Below, piece by piece: positions 12,114 through 25,362 of a stretch of DNA of 64,000 nucleotides. The stretch covers positions 10,726,001-10,790,000 of the forward strand of contig OX597839.1 in assembly GCA_951406725.2 (NCBI GenBank). The letters are read 5' to 3'. The stretch comes from Octopus vulgaris. Lineage: Eukaryota. The translations under genes and the position numbers were made by a program. Under the pieces are notes generated by a model. The model was not told the origin of the DNA and did no database searches. It was given only the letters and a program-made list of their open reading frames with translations. Positions within the stretch are counted from its first letter, which is position 1. Every line of letters begins with the position of its first letter.

Positions 12114-12509
12114 CTAGCAGTATAGCCCAGCGTTGCTCAGGTTTGTTTTCTTTTCGCCCCTTTAGAATTGGAATTTTTGAAAAGTAAAAATTTTGAATTA
12201 TGTAGCTTGTTATTCTCTTTAAGTCAACATTTTTCCGGTTGAAATACACCGAAAAATGGCGACACAGCAGTAAAAAAATCGTAAAAAATAGGGATTTTCA
12301 TAGTAAGAAAGTACCTTTTTGATGTAAATAATTTTTGATGTTAACATGGTCTGATTTGAATTTTATCTTCTATGGAAGGAAGAGCAAGCCTTCTTCTATC
12401 ATACTCTCAATTTTGGTCAACTTGCGCAGCAGGGTCTCGGAGGAGATAGTGTTAGTTGAAGGCTACCAAAACTGCCACACACACACAACTTCAGCTTTAT
12501 ATATATAGA
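12114..12509 (-). mobile_element. non-autonomous Helitron, copy 2
   Basis: Reverse complement of 4569-4952 with the same TC...CTAG ends in an A|T target. Confidence 0.9.
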
Positions 12510-12693
12510 TAATAAAATAGTATTTAGAAGTTCTTTCTGTTTCATTTATAAAATGAATCCTATAATAGATGCTAGAAAGGGTTAAAGCAAGAATCCTCTA
12601 ACTGGGGTACAACATACTGCTAAGGTTCCCCAAATTTTGTAGGTACACACAATTTGCAACAAAAAAACAATGCAGGAATTTTGGATGGACCAA

Positions 12694-12802
12694 AATGAAA
12701 GGCAACGTCAACCTCAGCGGAATTTGAACTCAGAACGTAATGGCAGACGAAATACGGCTATGCATTTCGCCCGGCGTGCTAACGTTTCTGCCAGCTCGCT
12801 GC
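12694..12802 (-). mobile_element. SINE family B, 5' part
   Basis: Reverse complement of the family B head. Confidence 0.85.
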
Positions 12803-12807
12803 TTTAC

Positions 12808-12944
12808 CTATGACGCTCAAATGTCTCTTAATGGTGACTTCATTTGTCTTTCCATCTCCTGAACGCCCTATACCGACGGAAGAGTGGTGATTTGCTGCAA
12901 ACCTACTTCTTTCGTCTGTCACCTGTGCTTCAAACCAGACATAT
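12808..12944 (-). other. candidate 137-bp exon of an unidentified transcript
   Basis: Acceptor TTTCTGCTGCAG, donor TAG|GTAAAG, non-repetitive, one open frame YVWFEAQVTDERSRF...HLSVI; no recognisable domain. Confidence 0.3.
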
Positions 12945-13384
12945 CTGCAGCAGAAATGAACAATCATCCAAGAGGTCATGAATGGAAAATGATTAATGCC
13001 AATGACAACGAGGAAACACAAAGAGATGGCAATCATTTGTGGAGATGGAGCAGTCACCATATGCGTATACATGTATATATATGTATGAATAAATGGTTAT
13101 ATTAATGCGTGAATGCATGTATAAATGTTGCGTGTGTATGGATGGATGGATGGATTATGCATGCATACGTGTGTGTGTTTCCTGTAAAATATAAACAGTA
13201 TATATTTTGTTGATATTTATATACAAGACAGTTTGTCATTATAACAATGTATATCAAATTATTATATAAAATAATTTACAGAAAATAATATTTGTGTTTT
13301 GGAGATATGAACAAAGCCTGTAGCATGGATAAACGGTATTTCAATCCACTAATCGCGGATTACCAACAACAAGCGAAGAATCGA

Positions 13385-13507
13385 TACATAATACATACAT
13401 ATATTCATACATACATACATACACACACACACATACATACATTCATGCAGTCATACATGCATACATACATACACACATACATACACACATGCAAATACAT
13501 ACATACA

Positions 13508-13541
<34 letters not shown>

Positions 13542-13687
13542 CATGCATGCATACATATATACATGCATGCATACATACATATATACATGCATGCATACAT
13601 ACATATATACATGCATGCATACATACATATATACATGCATGCATACATATATACATGCATGCATGCATACATACATACATACATACA

Positions 13688-13719
<32 letters not shown>

Positions 13720-13720
13720 C
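13385..13720. repeat. (CATA)n/(CATG)n microsatellite
   Basis: Direct reading. Confidence 0.95.
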
Positions 13721-13724
13721 TCAC

Positions 13725-13789
13725 AAGCGCACACGTAAACTATTTCTTTTTGCCAGAAGTCACGGTTGAAAACACCCGAAAGCTGAATT
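13725..13789 (-). other. candidate 65-bp exon
   Basis: Acceptor TTTCTCTGTTTTCCTTTCTAG and donor GTGAGT; open frame IQLSGVFNRDFWQKEIVYVCA. Confidence 0.35.
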
Positions 13790-14534
13790 CTAGAAAGGAA
13801 AACAGAGAAATTGGATGTTTTATGTTTAATGTAATATTTAACTTCAACAAATGGATGAATAATTTCGAAAATGGCATTTAAATCGGAAAAAACAGTTTGA
13901 CTCCAGTTCACACATGACGTGACAAGCGGTGATAGATTGGAAATACCCATTTACCTGGATACAAGCTTTTTTTTTATTTATTTCCAATACTTATGTATAT
14001 ACATACTTACATATACATACATACGTGTGTGTGAATTTAATACACAACCGAAAGAGCGACTAATAATTTCATGCTTTTATGATACTTAAACTCGGCGTAT
14101 TCATAAAACACACCATGTATCTCCAAGCAATCTTTCAGGCTCTGCCAATGCGTTATATATATTTTATATAAAAAAACAAGGTCGTTGAACAGAGGGAAAA
14201 TGAGAAAAGACGAGAAGAAAAATGCGAAGAAGGTTGATGCAAAAAATGGAACGAGAAGACAGAACCAAATGCAAGAAAACTAAGATCTACGTCCTCTTTG
14301 ATTGAAGAAATCACAATTAATGCAGCTGGTATAGAACAAAATAGCAGAAAATGTGTAAAAGTCTGCAGGACAGCAATTCAGTCCGGAGCGGGTGGTGTCC
14401 TCCAATATGACAAAAGAAACTTGTCTATATGTTTGCACCTGGTAAAAATTTCAGATCTGGAATTAAGCAGTGTTGAAATTCTTGGATAACAGACAAACAC
14501 ACATACATACATCCATGCATGTGTGTGTGTGCGT

Positions 14535-14577
14535 GTGGTAATTATAGCTATCCTAAACAAATGGCATTACCCTCGTA
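14535..14577 (+). mobile_element. mariner terminal remnant
   Basis: GGTAATTATAGCTATCCTAAACAAATGGCATTACCCTCGTA matches the end of the 1010-1358 element. Confidence 0.65.
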
Positions 14578-14586
14578 GTTGTTGCA

Positions 14587-14587
<1 letters not shown>

Positions 14588-14640
<53 letters not shown>

Positions 14641-15198
14641 GAGTGAGAGAGCAGTGCATGCCATCAAAGTGACACTGGGGTAAAATATACAAAGCCCAGT
14701 ATACCCATCATGACTACCCTTCTCATAAGGGTACACCAGGCACATGCATCACAACCATATGTGCGCAACATAGTGATCTCATATCAAGATAAACAGTGCA
14801 TGACCTTACAGGTGGGGCCCAGTTAGAATTTTCTTTTGGTCGAGTAGCCTATCCCGCTCAAAAGGTCCCTGAATAAGGATTGTTTAAGGATGTTGAACGA
14901 ACCACCCCTGTTTCCAAAAGTGAATTATCCAAACCCCTAAGAATTCCTTTCAACACACGGCTGTGATGCTCCCCCACTACTTCTGCTTGTGATCAGAGAT
15001 GCACATATCATCAGCCACTAAGGGACATGCTCAACTGGTTTGGGTCAAACAACTGACAAGCAAATCTGTGGTATTGAGCAGAATATTTGCTGTAGCCCAT
15101 CTTTTATACCAAGACAAAACAATGTACATGATAACACTTCCAATCAGTTAAGATCAGCAGCCATCAGAGCCACTGCCTGGTACTGCATCAGGGCATTT
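14588..15198 (-). mobile_element. retroposon family E (SINE-like or LINE 3' end) with (AAT)n tail
   Basis: GAGTGAGAGAGCAGTGCATGCCATCAAAGTGACACTGGGG next to an (ATT)n run; second truncated copy at 25525-25693. Confidence 0.75.
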
Positions 15199-15239
<41 letters not shown>

Positions 15240-15784
15240 TATTATTATTTCTATTTTCATAAATTGACCTAAAGTACTGTTCACCCCTATCAATACATCA
15301 TCAGATCATTGTAATTAATTAAATATTCGTCTTATGTATTATACATTCTACAAATATGATCGCGGAAGAAGCACTTTAAGCACGTTTTATACGCTTAAAC
15401 TAAATTACCTAGTAGTTACTCCCTCTTAGAATCTGATAATAAACTGGCGTTATCTGTCAATTACAATTTTTGCGTTTGATTTACAACCCGTTCTACAAAG
15501 TTCTTTATAATTAATATTCTGTACGTATTTAATTCATTAACTGTATATTCTACCTATACGTATTCCCGATATGTATTAAATCATTCTTTGTCATTCATTA
15601 TCACATAATTATTACATCTGTTTTAAATATAGTCGTTATAATCTTAATATACATTATTATGAACAGGAAAAGTGAATCCGAGAATAATTTCTACGTTTTC
15701 TGAATGCTGTTTATTTCATATTCAACAATTTATTAATTTATTTAATGTAACTCTTATCGTTTACTGTTTACTAATATATATATT

Positions 15785-15995
15785 TACTCTTTTACTTGTT
15801 TCAGTCATTTGACTGCGGCCATGCTGGAGCACCGCCTTTAGTCGAGCAAATCGACCCCAGGACTTATTCTTTGTAAGCCCAGTATTTATTCTATCGGTCT
15901 CTTTTGCTGAACTGCTAAGTGACGGGGATGTAAACACACCAGCCTCGGTTGTTAAGCAATGCTAGGGGGACAAACACAGACACACAAACACACAC
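15785..15995 (-). mobile_element. SINE family A, 3' half
   Basis: TACTCTTTTACTTGTTTCAGTCATTTGACTGCGGCCATGCTGGAGCACC... Confidence 0.9.
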
Positions 15996-16040
15996 ACACA
16001 CACACACATACATATATATATATACTCTTTACTATTTTTT

Positions 16041-16244
16041 TACTCTTTTACTTGTTTCAGTCATTTGACTGTGGCCATGCTGGAGCACCGCCTTTTAATC
16101 GAGCAACTCAACCCCGGGACTTATTCTTTGTAAGCCCAGTACTTATTCTATCGGTCTCTTTTGCCGAACCGCTAAGTGACGGGGACGTAAACACACCAGC
16201 ATCGGTTGTCAAGCAATGCTAGGGGAACAAACACAGACACCCAA

Positions 16245-16289
<45 letters not shown>

Positions 16290-16445
16290 TACGACAGGCT
16301 TCTTTCAGTTTCCGTCTACCAAATCCACTCACAAGGCATTGGTCGGCCCGGGGCTAAAGCAGAAGACACTTGCCCAAGATGCCACGCAGAGGGACTGAAC
16401 CTGGAACCATGTGGTTGGTTAGCAAGCTACTTACCACACAGCCAC
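16041..16445 (-). mobile_element. SINE family A, near full length
   Basis: Both halves with central (CA)/(TA) microsatellite; ends CTTACCACACAGCCAC. Confidence 0.92.
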
Positions 16446-16822
16446 ATATATATATATATAGACACACACACATCTATATACTTTTGGTATGGTAGAAGAG
16501 TTCAGCAAAAAATTAGATTCAGATGAATTATGGTACTTAAGTTGAGGTACCACAATTTGGTACGGTTATTATCCATACAATTTCAAAGTAATTAAAATCA
16601 AAATAAGCAACAAGCATTACCTCTGGATATCCTTGTTGCTTAGTTTGATTTTAATCTACATCTATATATATAAATATATATATGTGTGAGTGTGTGTGTC
16701 TGTGTCTGTGTGTGCGTGCGCGTGTATATTTGGGGAAAGAGCAATATGTATGTATGTATGTATGAATGTATGTGTACATGTGTGTATGTTTTTGTGCATG
16801 TATATATTATTTGCGCATTTAA

Positions 16823-17053
16823 GGCGGCGAGCTGGCAGAAACGTTAGCGCACCGGGCGAAATTCTTAGCGGTATTTCGTCTGTCGTTATGTTCTGAATTC
16901 AAATTCCGCCAAGGTCGACTTTGCCTTCCATCCTCTCGGGGTCGATAAATAAAGTACCAGTTTTGCACTGGGGTCGATGTAATCGACTTAATCCCTTTGT
17001 CTGTCCTTGTTTGTCCCCTCTATGTTTAGCCCCTTGTGGGTAGTAAAGAAATA
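16823..17053 (+). mobile_element. SINE family B, full length
   Basis: GGCGGCGAGCTGGCAGAAACG to GTAAAGAAATA. Confidence 0.92.
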
Positions 17054-17571
17054 TAAATATTATTTGTGCATAGAATACATACACGCAAAACCCTATATGG
17101 GGCGCTCTCAGACCCCTATTTCTTAATCTGCCACCCTTTCATTTTACCCTTTTTGGTTTATTTCCAATACTTATGCATTCTTTTACTTGTTTCAGTGATT
17201 TAACTGCGGCCATGCTAGAGCACCACCTTAAGGGTTGGAGATAGAAGCAAAGAATGAAGGTAGGTCTAAGTTAATGAAAGTTAATCAATTACTGACCATG
17301 TTCTTTACAAATTTCAATTTTTCTATTATTTCAATTTTTCAATTATTTAAAAGACTTTGTTGTAAATTTTTAGAATTACACATTATTTATGGGTTTATGA
17401 GATGAAAAGAAGAGAATCCTTTTTTAAATTGGAAGAAAGATAATAGAATGTATGTAGGTCTTATACCACATACGTATTACATTTTTAGTTTCTCTCTATA
17501 TGTGTGTGTGTGTGTGTGTGTGCGATTATATGTATTTATGTATATATATAAAATTATATGTATTTATGTAT

Positions 17572-17770
17572 ATTATATAAAATCCGTTCTGTCTGTGTGT
17601 GTGTGTGTCTTCTAGGATCTCGGGCATCCTCCATCCGATTGCTCTCAAATTTGATATGTAGATACCGACGGTATCAGGGCATGTATAAAAGTCTTGAAAA
17701 AATTACAAAAATCGATTCCAGGTGAGAATGAAACGATAGTTGTTTTCAGAAAATTTGGTTTAAATGTTTG
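17572..17770 (+). mobile_element. Helitron/Helentron(DINE)-like 5' fragment
   Basis: TATATAAAATCCGTTCTGTCTGTGTG..GGATCTCGG..CATCCGATTGCTCTCAAATTTG layout typical of these elements; no 3' end seen. Confidence 0.4.
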
Positions 17771-17806
17771 ACAACTCAGCACCATCCATTGACGGGGGGG
17801 GGGGGG

Positions 17807-17910
<104 letters not shown>

Positions 17911-18022
17911 CATGTATTTATGTATGTATAAATATAATATATATATACATGCATTTTTTTGTTTTGTTTTATATATGTCTTCTCATACATATACTTGCAT
18001 ATCTAGACATGCTCATATATTC

Positions 18023-18640
18023 TTAAAAGATAAACTTCTGGAAGGTTTTACAGATATTTACACTTCCAGTGATGGATTGGGTCTGTAGTCTTCGAATTAG
18101 CTTTCTCCTTTCTGGTTTCCAGAAGCCTAATTTCTCAAGATTGGTATTTAGACAGTGTATTACATATCCCATAATAATTACAGGTATAAACCTGAACTTG
18201 TAATCTGGATAGAGCAACAGCAGATTTCTCAATAGTTCAGCGTAGGTATTCTCTTTTTCACTGGTCTTCCGCTTTATGTTAACATCTGCTGGGCAGCTGA
18301 TTTCCATCCCAAATCACGATATCTGGTCTATTGTGCTTACATTTTATTGAGGTTTTCACTGGGACATTCCACTAATACTCCTTTTTATTCCACCATACTG
18401 TGGGTTATTGATTCTTTGTCCTCAGGGTTATCCTTCCGACGGATTTTATTATGTAGTGTCCTAGCTACAACATCAAGTATCATCGGATAGATAAATACCG
18501 TGATGACATTTTCGAACAACTGCTTATGATGTGGTTGATATCTTGGGCTTTAACCCCACAAAGTCTGCATCAGTTGTCACATTTTACTGCTTTTCCGACA
18601 TTTCTGTCTCTTTTGTGCATCAGGTATTTAGTTGATTGGT
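18023..18640 (-). pseudogene. non-LTR retrotransposon 3' fragment with restriction-like endonuclease (R4/Dong-like)
   Basis: Minus strand CRLCGVKAQDINHIISSC (CCHC), HNRPDIVIW and EISCPADVNIKRKTSEKENTY motifs; frameshifted. Confidence 0.85.
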
Positions 18641-18794
18641 ATGAATGTATGTATGTATGTGTGTATATGTAGATGTGTATGTATGCGTATATGTATATGT
18701 GTGTGTGTAAGTCTGTGTGCATGTGTGAACCCGTGTCCGTGTATATATCAATGTAGAGATATGTATGTATGTGTGTGTGTATATATATATATAT

Positions 18795-19083
18795 GTTTGT
18801 TTGTTCCTTCTCGAGTCACACCTGGCTCATTAGGGCCGGTTTCTCGGTTTCCTTAGTGTAAAGGTTCCCCACCTGGAGGGGACGCCGGTCCGTCGCAGAT
18901 GAGCTGCAAGATGCAGGAGGAAAGAGTGAGTGAAAGTTGTGGCGAAAAAGTCAGCAGAAGTTCGCCATTACCTTCTGACGGAGAGGTGTTTCGCTCATAA
19001 GCTCACACATTGGCCCGTCTGAGGTTCGAACCCGCGATCCCTCGACTGCGAGTCCGCTGCTCTAACCACTAGATCATGTGCCT
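18795..19083 (-). mobile_element. SINE family C, copy 2
   Basis: Reverse complement of 4082-4376. Confidence 0.85.
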
Positions 19084-19085
19084 CC

Positions 19086-19124
<39 letters not shown>

Positions 19125-19165
19125 CGTGTGTATGTACTTATATGCATGGTCGTATACTCTTTTTT

Positions 19166-19555
19166 CTCTTTTACTTGTTTCAGTCATTTGACTGCTGCCA
19201 TGCTGGAGCACCGCCTTTAATCAAGCAACTCGACCCCGGGACTTATTCTTTTGTAAGCCCAGTACTTATTCTATCGGTCTCTTTTGCCGAACCGCTAAGT
19301 GACGGGGACATAAACACACCAGCATCGGTTGTCAAGCAATGCTGACAAACACTCACACATACATCTATATATATATATATATATATACATATATACGACG
19401 GGCTTCTTTCAGTTTCCGTCTACCAAATCCACTCACAAGGCATTGGTCGGCCCGAGGCTATAGCAGAAGACACTTGCCCAAGGTGCCACACAGTGGGACT
19501 GAACCCGGAACCATGTGGTTGGTAAATAAGCTACTTACCACACAGCCACTCCTAT
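19166..19555 (-). mobile_element. SINE family A, full length
   Basis: Both halves present. Confidence 0.92.
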
Positions 19556-20695
19556 GTATATTTTCTCTTTAACCTTTTTTTTTTGTTACTTGCTTCAATC
19601 ATTAGACTGCGACCATGCCTGGAAACATTGTTTTAAATTTTATTGGCTTATATGTTTCAATAAACGTCTTATACACATTTTTTCATTTATTTAACCAACT
19701 TCAGTATTGGTTTTTAAGTGTTTTCTTTTAATTTTATGCTTTTAAATATGCTCTCTGAAACCGATATAAAGTCGGATAAATCAACTGAAGTTGAATTTAT
19801 TTTTTCTTTAAAAATGACATAAATTCGAAAAGTACGTAAATCGAAACGACCAAAGTCGTGTTATGCCTATATTTATACATGGAAGCATAAATCTTAAGCA
19901 ATCAGTGTATAAGGGAATATGCGAAGAACATTTAACTCGAAGATATTAAAGATCTGAATATGGAGTTACAGTAATATATATAATTAGCTATTACAGTTAA
20001 TCGGAAAATTGTTGAAGGCTAAGAATGAAAGTTGTGAATGCAGAATGTTGGTAGAACATTAGCGTGCTTGGAAACAATGCTTAATATCACGATATAGTAA
20101 TTGCTAATAAAATTTTCCTTTCCGGCTACAGATAGTATTAGAACCTGCGAAGTTGGTAATTATGTTTAATAAATCAGATACTTTTTAGTTGATCTATTTA
20201 CTCATGGATAATAATACGAGTTACGTGAATACATTTCATAGATATGTATAGAGGAGGCGGGTGGCGTGCTTAGAGAAGCATTAGCTCTTTGGATTCATGA
20301 TTGGTTTAAAGTATTTTCATATTTTGAAGATTCTATTTTTACATGATGTAACTAATTTTGATGTCAATTAAACAGTTGGCGGTTGAAGAACACGATTTCA
20401 TAGGATTCAGTGGTACAAATGTGACAAAGCTTTTGATACTTCTATAAAGTTTTGAAAAAGAATAGAATTTTCCATTGTATATAACAGATGTATTATTCTT
20501 TTCCAAATTCGAGTATAGCGTTGGCTTTCTTATTCTGATTCTAAACTAGTATATATGTTGATGAAATCTATTATTAAATGTGCTAGCTGTTAAACCTGAA
20601 CTGAAGATTAACGGAGTTAGCCAATTCTTTGACTTGACAATTGCCAACGGAGTTCTTGGTGTTCATACAATTACAATTCGATATATTAAAATTAA

Positions 20696-21010
20696 ATGGA
20701 CTATCATTGTCACTGGACTACCATCTCTTCGGCCCCATGAAAGAGGGTTTGAGAAGCAAACATTATTCCAGTGACGAGGAAGTGAAAACTGTAGTGACTC
20801 AAAGAACAGTCAACAGAATTTTACAGGGTAGGTATACATGCTCTCATTCGAAGGTGGAACATTGCTATTGAGAGAAACGGTGACTATGTTAAGAAGTAGG
20901 GATGTGTTCCACAGAGGACCAGCTTCATCTTGATGTATGATACATATTCTTGTGTTGTTAATTATATCTATCCTAAACAAAATGGCATTACTTTTTTATT
21001 CATCATCTTA
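20696..21010 (+). mobile_element. mariner derivative, copy 2
   Basis: ORF 20641-20871 contains DYHLFGPMKEGLRSKHYSSDEEVKTVV (D,D34D C-terminal motif); same 3' end as 1010-1358. Confidence 0.88.
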
Positions 21011-21501
21011 GATAAGTTCTTTTCGAGGTTATTTTGTCTATGTTCAGAGTGCGATTGGATTTGTGCAAATCTTTTCCGCCACTATAAAAAAATCATTATG
21101 CACAGGCATCGCTTGAAAGGAGTAAGACTTATCACGAAAGTGTCTGGTCGTAGCTTTCGTATGTGTTGGAATTTTTATCAGGCGATAGCAATACTCGAAC
21201 ACGAATTTGCAGCCATCATGTATGTATGTATGTATGTATGTATGTATGTATGTATGAATGAATGAATGAATGAATGAATGAATGAATGAATGAATGAATG
21301 AATGAATGAATGCATGCATGCTTAGATATCTTGGATTTTACACATAAGGTATTGGAATCTTACATATATACCATTCTGCCTAAAAAATGGATCGTCAAAT
21401 TTTATACCCATACATATCTTACATATATTTTCTTTCGTCCACCTCACTCTCTATTTTGTATCCTATCTAAATTAACTATAACTTAGCCATCCTCTCACAC
21501 C

Positions 21502-21553
21502 GTCTCCGATGATGGGATATAATTAATAAATATCCTGGAAGCAGCTGTAAGAC
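21502..21553 (+). ncRNA. degenerate Penelope-type hammerhead motif
   Basis: GTCT-CCGATGA-T-GGGATAT...ATATCCT-GGAA-GCAGCTGTA-AGAC; stems I, II and a palindromic stem III retained; core substituted. Confidence 0.5.
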
Positions 21554-21624
21554 CTTCTATCAATAAATGTTCTAATATCTACACAGCCTTGGTTTTTTTT
21601 TATCTCATTACGCAAAAAATTCTT

Positions 21625-21687
<63 letters not shown>

Positions 21688-22492
21688 CATACATATATAT
21701 ATAAAATGTCTCGTTATTCTACCAATTATATACATTTTTATAACTTTTTTTGCAATTTACTTAATCATTGATATTTTATTGTTATTTTAATTTTAATATT
21801 TCTACTACATGTAATTTTCTAGATGGTGTAATTTAATTGTTCATTTTGAATTGATAGAAGGTGGGGTTTTTTTCTAATTTTTTATATATATATTATATTG
21901 TGTGAAATTTGATTTAGTATTTCTAACTTGAATTTTTTCCCTGTGAGTTTGGATTTATATTCCATCAAATAATAATAATTATATATATATGTATGTATGT
22001 ATGTATGTATGCATGCAAGCACATATATGTCTGTGGGGTTGTTTGGATGTATGCATATATGTGGTTGCAGGTATAAATGACTACCAGTCGTAATCTCGAA
22101 GACAGCATTATCATTAATACCAAACACTAAAGTCTGGAAAGTGTGCAGTGAATCCCTCCCTTATAATGCTCACACTCACACTTACACTCACAAACGCATA
22201 AACCTGTCCCACCACACACACCCACACCTTATGTCCCCCAAACTTCACTCTTTCATGGCATCGCATCATTGTGCACACTTCTGCTCCATCCAGTTAATTC
22301 CCGCTCACCGTTTATATTATTTCAGATAAGATGAACAACATTCTGTTCACGTAAATTTCTTTTTCTGTTTTTTTTCTGCTAGAAATGCTGAATTCTTTTC
22401 TTTGTTCCTTCCTTACAGCATAACACCTTGTAGTACTTGTTCACAGCTTTGCTACTTTTACTTTTTTTTAATTATATTTTATTTTATTTGTC

Positions 22493-22532
<40 letters not shown>

Positions 22533-22700
22533 TTATAATGATAATAATGATAATAATAATGATACTAATAATAATAATGATTATAATAATAATAATGATA
22601 ATAATAATAATAATGATAATGATAATAATAATAATGATAATAATGATAATGATAATAATAATAATGATAATAATGATAATGATAATAATAATAATGATGA
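22493..22700. repeat. (AAT/GAT)n microsatellite
   Basis: Direct reading. Confidence 0.95.
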
Positions 22701-22702
22701 TA

Positions 22703-23100
22703 GGCGCAGGTGTGGCTGTGTGGTAAGTAGCTTGCTAACCAACCACATGGTTCCGGGTTCAGTCCCACTGCGTGGCATCTTGGGCAAGTGTCTTCTGCTA
22801 TAGCCCCGGGCCAACCAATGCCTTGTGAGTGGATTTGGTAGACGGAAACTGAAAGAAGCCTGTCGTATATATGTATATATATATATGTGTGTGTGTGTGT
22901 TTGTGTGTCCCCCTAGCATTGCTTGACAACCAATGCTGGTGTGTTTACGTCCCCGTCACTTAGCAGTTCGGCAAAAGAGACCAATAGAATAAGTACTGGG
23001 CTTACAAAGAATAAATCCCGGGGTCGATTTGCTCGACTAAAGGTGGTGCTCCAGCATGGCCGCAGTCAAATGACTGAAACAAGTAAAAGAGTAAAAGAGT
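22703..23100 (+). mobile_element. SINE family A, full length
   Basis: GGCGCAGGTGTGGCTGTGTGGTAAG to (GTAAAAGA)n tail. Confidence 0.93.
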
Positions 23101-23370
23101 AATAATAATAATAATGATGATGATAGTAATAATAATGATGATAATAATAATAATAATAATTATTATTATTATTATTATCATTATTATTATTATTATTATT
23201 ATCATTATTATTATTGTCGTTTTTGCTGTTCTTAGACATTTGGTTACTAAACTGAGTCGGCTGATGCTTCACAAGCTCATTGCGTATGCCTTACAATAAG
23301 TATTTACTTGAGTTTTCATATATAAATATATATATATATATATATAAAAGTATATACATATATATATATA

Positions 23371-23600
23371 CTCTCTTTTTCTCTTTTACTTGTTTCAGTC
23401 ACGTGACTGTGGCCATGCTGGAGCACCGCCTTTAGTCGAGCAAATCGACCCCAGGACTTATTTTTTGTAAGCCTTGTACTTATTCTATCGGATCTCCTTT
23501 TGCCGAACCGCTAAGTTACGGGGACGTAAACACATCAGCATCAGTTGTCAAGCGATGTTGGGAGGGGGAGAAGCACAGACACACAAACATATACACACAT
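23371..23600 (-). mobile_element. SINE family A, 3' half
   Basis: Reverse complement of 22900-23100. Confidence 0.9.
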
Positions 23601-23636
23601 ATATATATATATACATATATATGTAAGCATGCTACT

Positions 23637-23736
23637 TACTAGGCTTACAAAGAATAAGCTCTGGGGTCGATTTGCTCGACTATAAAGGCGATGCTCCAGC
23701 ATGGCCGCTGTCAAATGACTGAAACAAAGAGTAAAG
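23637..23736 (+). mobile_element. SINE family A, 3' fragment
   Basis: TACTAGGCTTACAAAGAATAAG...GCTCCAGCATGGCCG...GAAACAAAGAG. Confidence 0.85.
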
Positions 23737-24078
23737 TGTATGTATGAATTATGTTTGTAGGTAGCTATGTACTTACTATGCTGAGAAATCTTTCTTACTG
23801 CACACTCTTACAACACAATGAAAGAAATCCACGAACATTTTCCCTCATAGAAAAAAATGACTGCAGTAAGTTAAAGATAGGAGACTATTTAATGATGAAA
23901 CATCTAAATTTAAAAGCTAATTATTATTGGTGCTGCGAAAACAGGAAATCGCTTAATTGCTTAATTGTGGAGACTGAATATTAACCAGGCTATCAAATGG
24001 ACAGCAAAAGCTTGAAAAATTTTCAGACCACAACCACTTTCTAGATTAACTGCAGCGACGGTTTCGAATAGCACAGAC

Positions 24079-25097
24079 CAGTAGTACTCAGCCACTTTTT
24101 TTCTATGGCCCCCTTTGGTTCATATTTTATTCGATTGGACCCCCATAGCTGCTCCATGTTGAAAAACATTCCATTATATTTTTATAATTAGATATTCTTA
24201 GGAACTAGGTCTTGTCTGTCGCTACACTGCCAGTAGAATTATTTGTTAATCGTGCACGTACTTTAAAAAATTGTGTCTTTTCTAAAGTTTGTATTACAAT
24301 GTCTATATGTATATACATACAGTCTTTTTTTAAGTGTGTGTTGCGTTGTATTGACAGACTTGCACTTAAAATTCTCACAAGTTGCATTAAAACTTATTTG
24401 TTACTAAGGTGACAACACTACCTATTTCTCCATCTTTCATGCGCACACTCTGTCTCTCTCCCTCTCTCTCTCTCTTTTCTCTCTCTCTCTCTTAATCTCT
24501 CTCTCACTGTATTTCTCTCTCAACAACTTTTCTCCTCTCCTTCCCTCTCTCTGTTACGGACAGGTAGACGGAGATCAGCTTCTCTTTTATAATACAAGAT
24601 TGTATAAAAAAAAATTTTAATATTAGACGCAGGAGTGGATGTGTAGTAAGAAGCTTGCTTATCAACCACATGGTCTCGGGTTCAGTTCCACTGCGTAGCA
24701 CCTTGGGCAAGTGTTTTCTACTATAGCCTCGGGGCGAGCAAAGCCTTGTGAGTGGATTTGGTAGGTGGAAACTGAAATAAACCTGTTGTATATCTGTATA
24801 TATATGTGTGTCTGTCCCCCCATCACTTCACAACCGATGTTGGTGTGTTTACATCCTCACAACTTAGCAGTTTGGCGAAAGAGATCTGATAGAATAAGTA
24901 CTAGGCTTACAAAGAATATGTCCTGGGGGTGATTTGCTCAACTAAAGGTGGTGCTCTGGCATGGCCGCAGTCAAATGACTGAAACAAATAAAAGAATAAA
25001 AGAATTGTAAAAGTATAACCAAGTTATTACACATAAATTTTAACGACAAAGGGTCATATTGTCATATGATCATATGGACCCCAGTTGAGAATCCCAG
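24079..25097 (+). mobile_element. old hAT-Charlie-like non-autonomous element inside the MULE
   Basis: Ends CAGTAGTACTCAGCC and GGACCCCAGTTGAGAATCCCAG (degenerate TIRs); TSD only 4/8 matching. Confidence 0.55.
24626..25002 (+). mobile_element. SINE family A, full length, nested
   Basis: GACGCAGGAGTGGATGTGTAGTAAG to AATAAAAGAATAAAAG tail. Confidence 0.9.
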
Positions 25098-25189
25098 GTG
25101 TAAACGAAACAAAATTACAGGCAAAAAAAATGCATGAAGTCTGCCTTCCAAAATAACAAGCATATACGTAGTACAGTTCTATATCTAAT

Positions 25190-25362
25190 AGATGAGGAAT
25201 TATGAGCATTATTTACATTATTTATATTATTTACATTCAATGGATATTTGTCCTCATCTTGTTTGTTGTTAACACGTTTCAGTTGATATACCCTCCAGCC
25301 TTCTTCAGGTGTCTTGGGAAAATTTCGAACCTGGGTTCCCATTCCTAAGGTATTTTTCGATG
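25190..25362 (-). mobile_element. Penelope-like terminal sequence with hammerhead motif (25271-25312)
   Basis: Minus strand ACAC-CTGAAGA-A-GGCTGG...TCAACT-GAAA-CGTGT. Confidence 0.6.

Noticed and set aside
15959-16526. Recurrent ORFs such as FDCGHAGAPP and STKSTHKAL suggesting a gene family
   Set aside because: They are antisense translations of SINE family A copies.
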